Source: Tubiluchus corallicola
Lineage: Eukaryota > Animalia > Priapulida
Direction: 5' to 3'
Assembly: GCA_030141605.1 (NCBI GenBank)
Contig: JAQGDQ010000864.1
Coordinates: 1 to 64,000, forward strand
Length of the DNA stretch: 64,000 nucleotides
Shown here: positions 63,063-64,000 of the stretch, piece after piece
Position numbering within the stretch: position 1 is the first letter of the stretch
Layout: the number at the start of each line of letters is the position of its first letter
Translations under genes and position numbers: made by a program
Notes under the pieces: model-generated
What the model was told of the DNA's origin: nothing
Seen by the model: only the letters and a program-made list of their open reading frames with translations
Database searches by the model: none

Positions 63063-64000
63063 AATAGATGTGTCGTTTGGTTACTACAAATGATTTACTA
63101 ATAGCTTACTGTTCAGTATTGTTAGTTAGAGTTTATCGCAAGCATTTCGCGCGGGTTTCAACGCCGCCTTTATGTTTAGCAAATACGATCACCGATGTTC
63201 CATTTATGAAACTTTATCGTTATTTTGTACCTCACGAACTGTTTATCGAGAAACTGTGTGTACATGTCGGCTTGAATTATATCAAACTGTAATAATGTGT
63301 TTACTTATGATAGTTTATTAACACGTTGTCTTTGTTTATTTGTTTGTTATGATTTAATTTTAATTCCTGTCCAGTTTGTTGGTTTTTTTTACAGAAAAAT
63401 TAATTGCAAATATTATTTTTGTTCGTTAATTAGTTCGAAGCGAGTTTTTGCGTGACAGTTGTTGAACAACGTGCTCAGTTCCGGAGGACTATCGCATCTC
63501 TCCGAAACTGCGCAAAGTTGTTAGGAATTATCGGCAGCGCTAACGTGCTGCCACCTTTGTCTTAAACGTTCTTTTTGTATTTCTTATTCACGGCAGATGG
63601 CGTTTTTTTTTGCGAATTTCTCGATTCTGCTGCCGTACATTGTTGAATTTGAAATATATCGTGCATCTAGATTAAAATTCACTGTCAAAAGAGAACTTGT
63701 ACTGTACAGATATAGTGATGATAGAGTAATGTTAGTTAAAAATGCTATCATGTCATTTACCACTAGAATATAGTATGTAGAAGAAAGTGTAAGTTTCGCT
63801 CAAATGTCTATATTGCTACAAAATCAAGAATCTTCTGATTATGCTCGTGACAACTTTTAGTTCTTAACTTTGCTAAAAGCAGTGAAATTGAATTATTTTG
63901 TCAGTTATTAATTATGTAAAAGTGTTTCAAATTTCAAATAAATTTTTGCCTATGGGAAATAAGACGTTTTCTTCGTGTTTTCAGAATGCGTGCGTTATTA

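Overview
This is AT-rich, intron-rich eukaryotic DNA, probably from an invertebrate animal. I assembled four protein-coding genes by hand, using GT-AG splice sites with consistent reading phases. (1) The 3' part of a spermine/polyamine oxidase-like flavoprotein gene (+, 862-7925). (2) A complete six-exon BNIP3/NIX-like mitophagy receptor (+, 9738-26396). (3) A PNRC-like gene with a single coding exon (-, 34788-35192). (4) An RNF38/RNF44-like RING-H2 ligase (+, 37771-58037), apparently head-to-head with PNRC. A fifth gene may begin near 63 kb. Introns and intergenic DNA hold many unrelated minisatellite arrays, non-autonomous DNA transposons (hAT-like, Tc1/mariner/pogo-like and piggyBac-like, several nested) and LINE fragments. 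Most ORFs in the supplied track are repeat artefacts. The three most interesting observations are all hypotheses from sequence alone. First, an orphan histone-mRNA-type stem-loop with a purine-rich downstream element lies downstream of PNRC on the same strand, with no histone ORF nearby. Second, BNIP3 has three possible C-terminal tails after its transmembrane helix, one ending in the KDEL-like signal REEL. Third, a dense HRE/CLEAR/CRE/FOXO motif cluster sits in BNIP3 intron 2.
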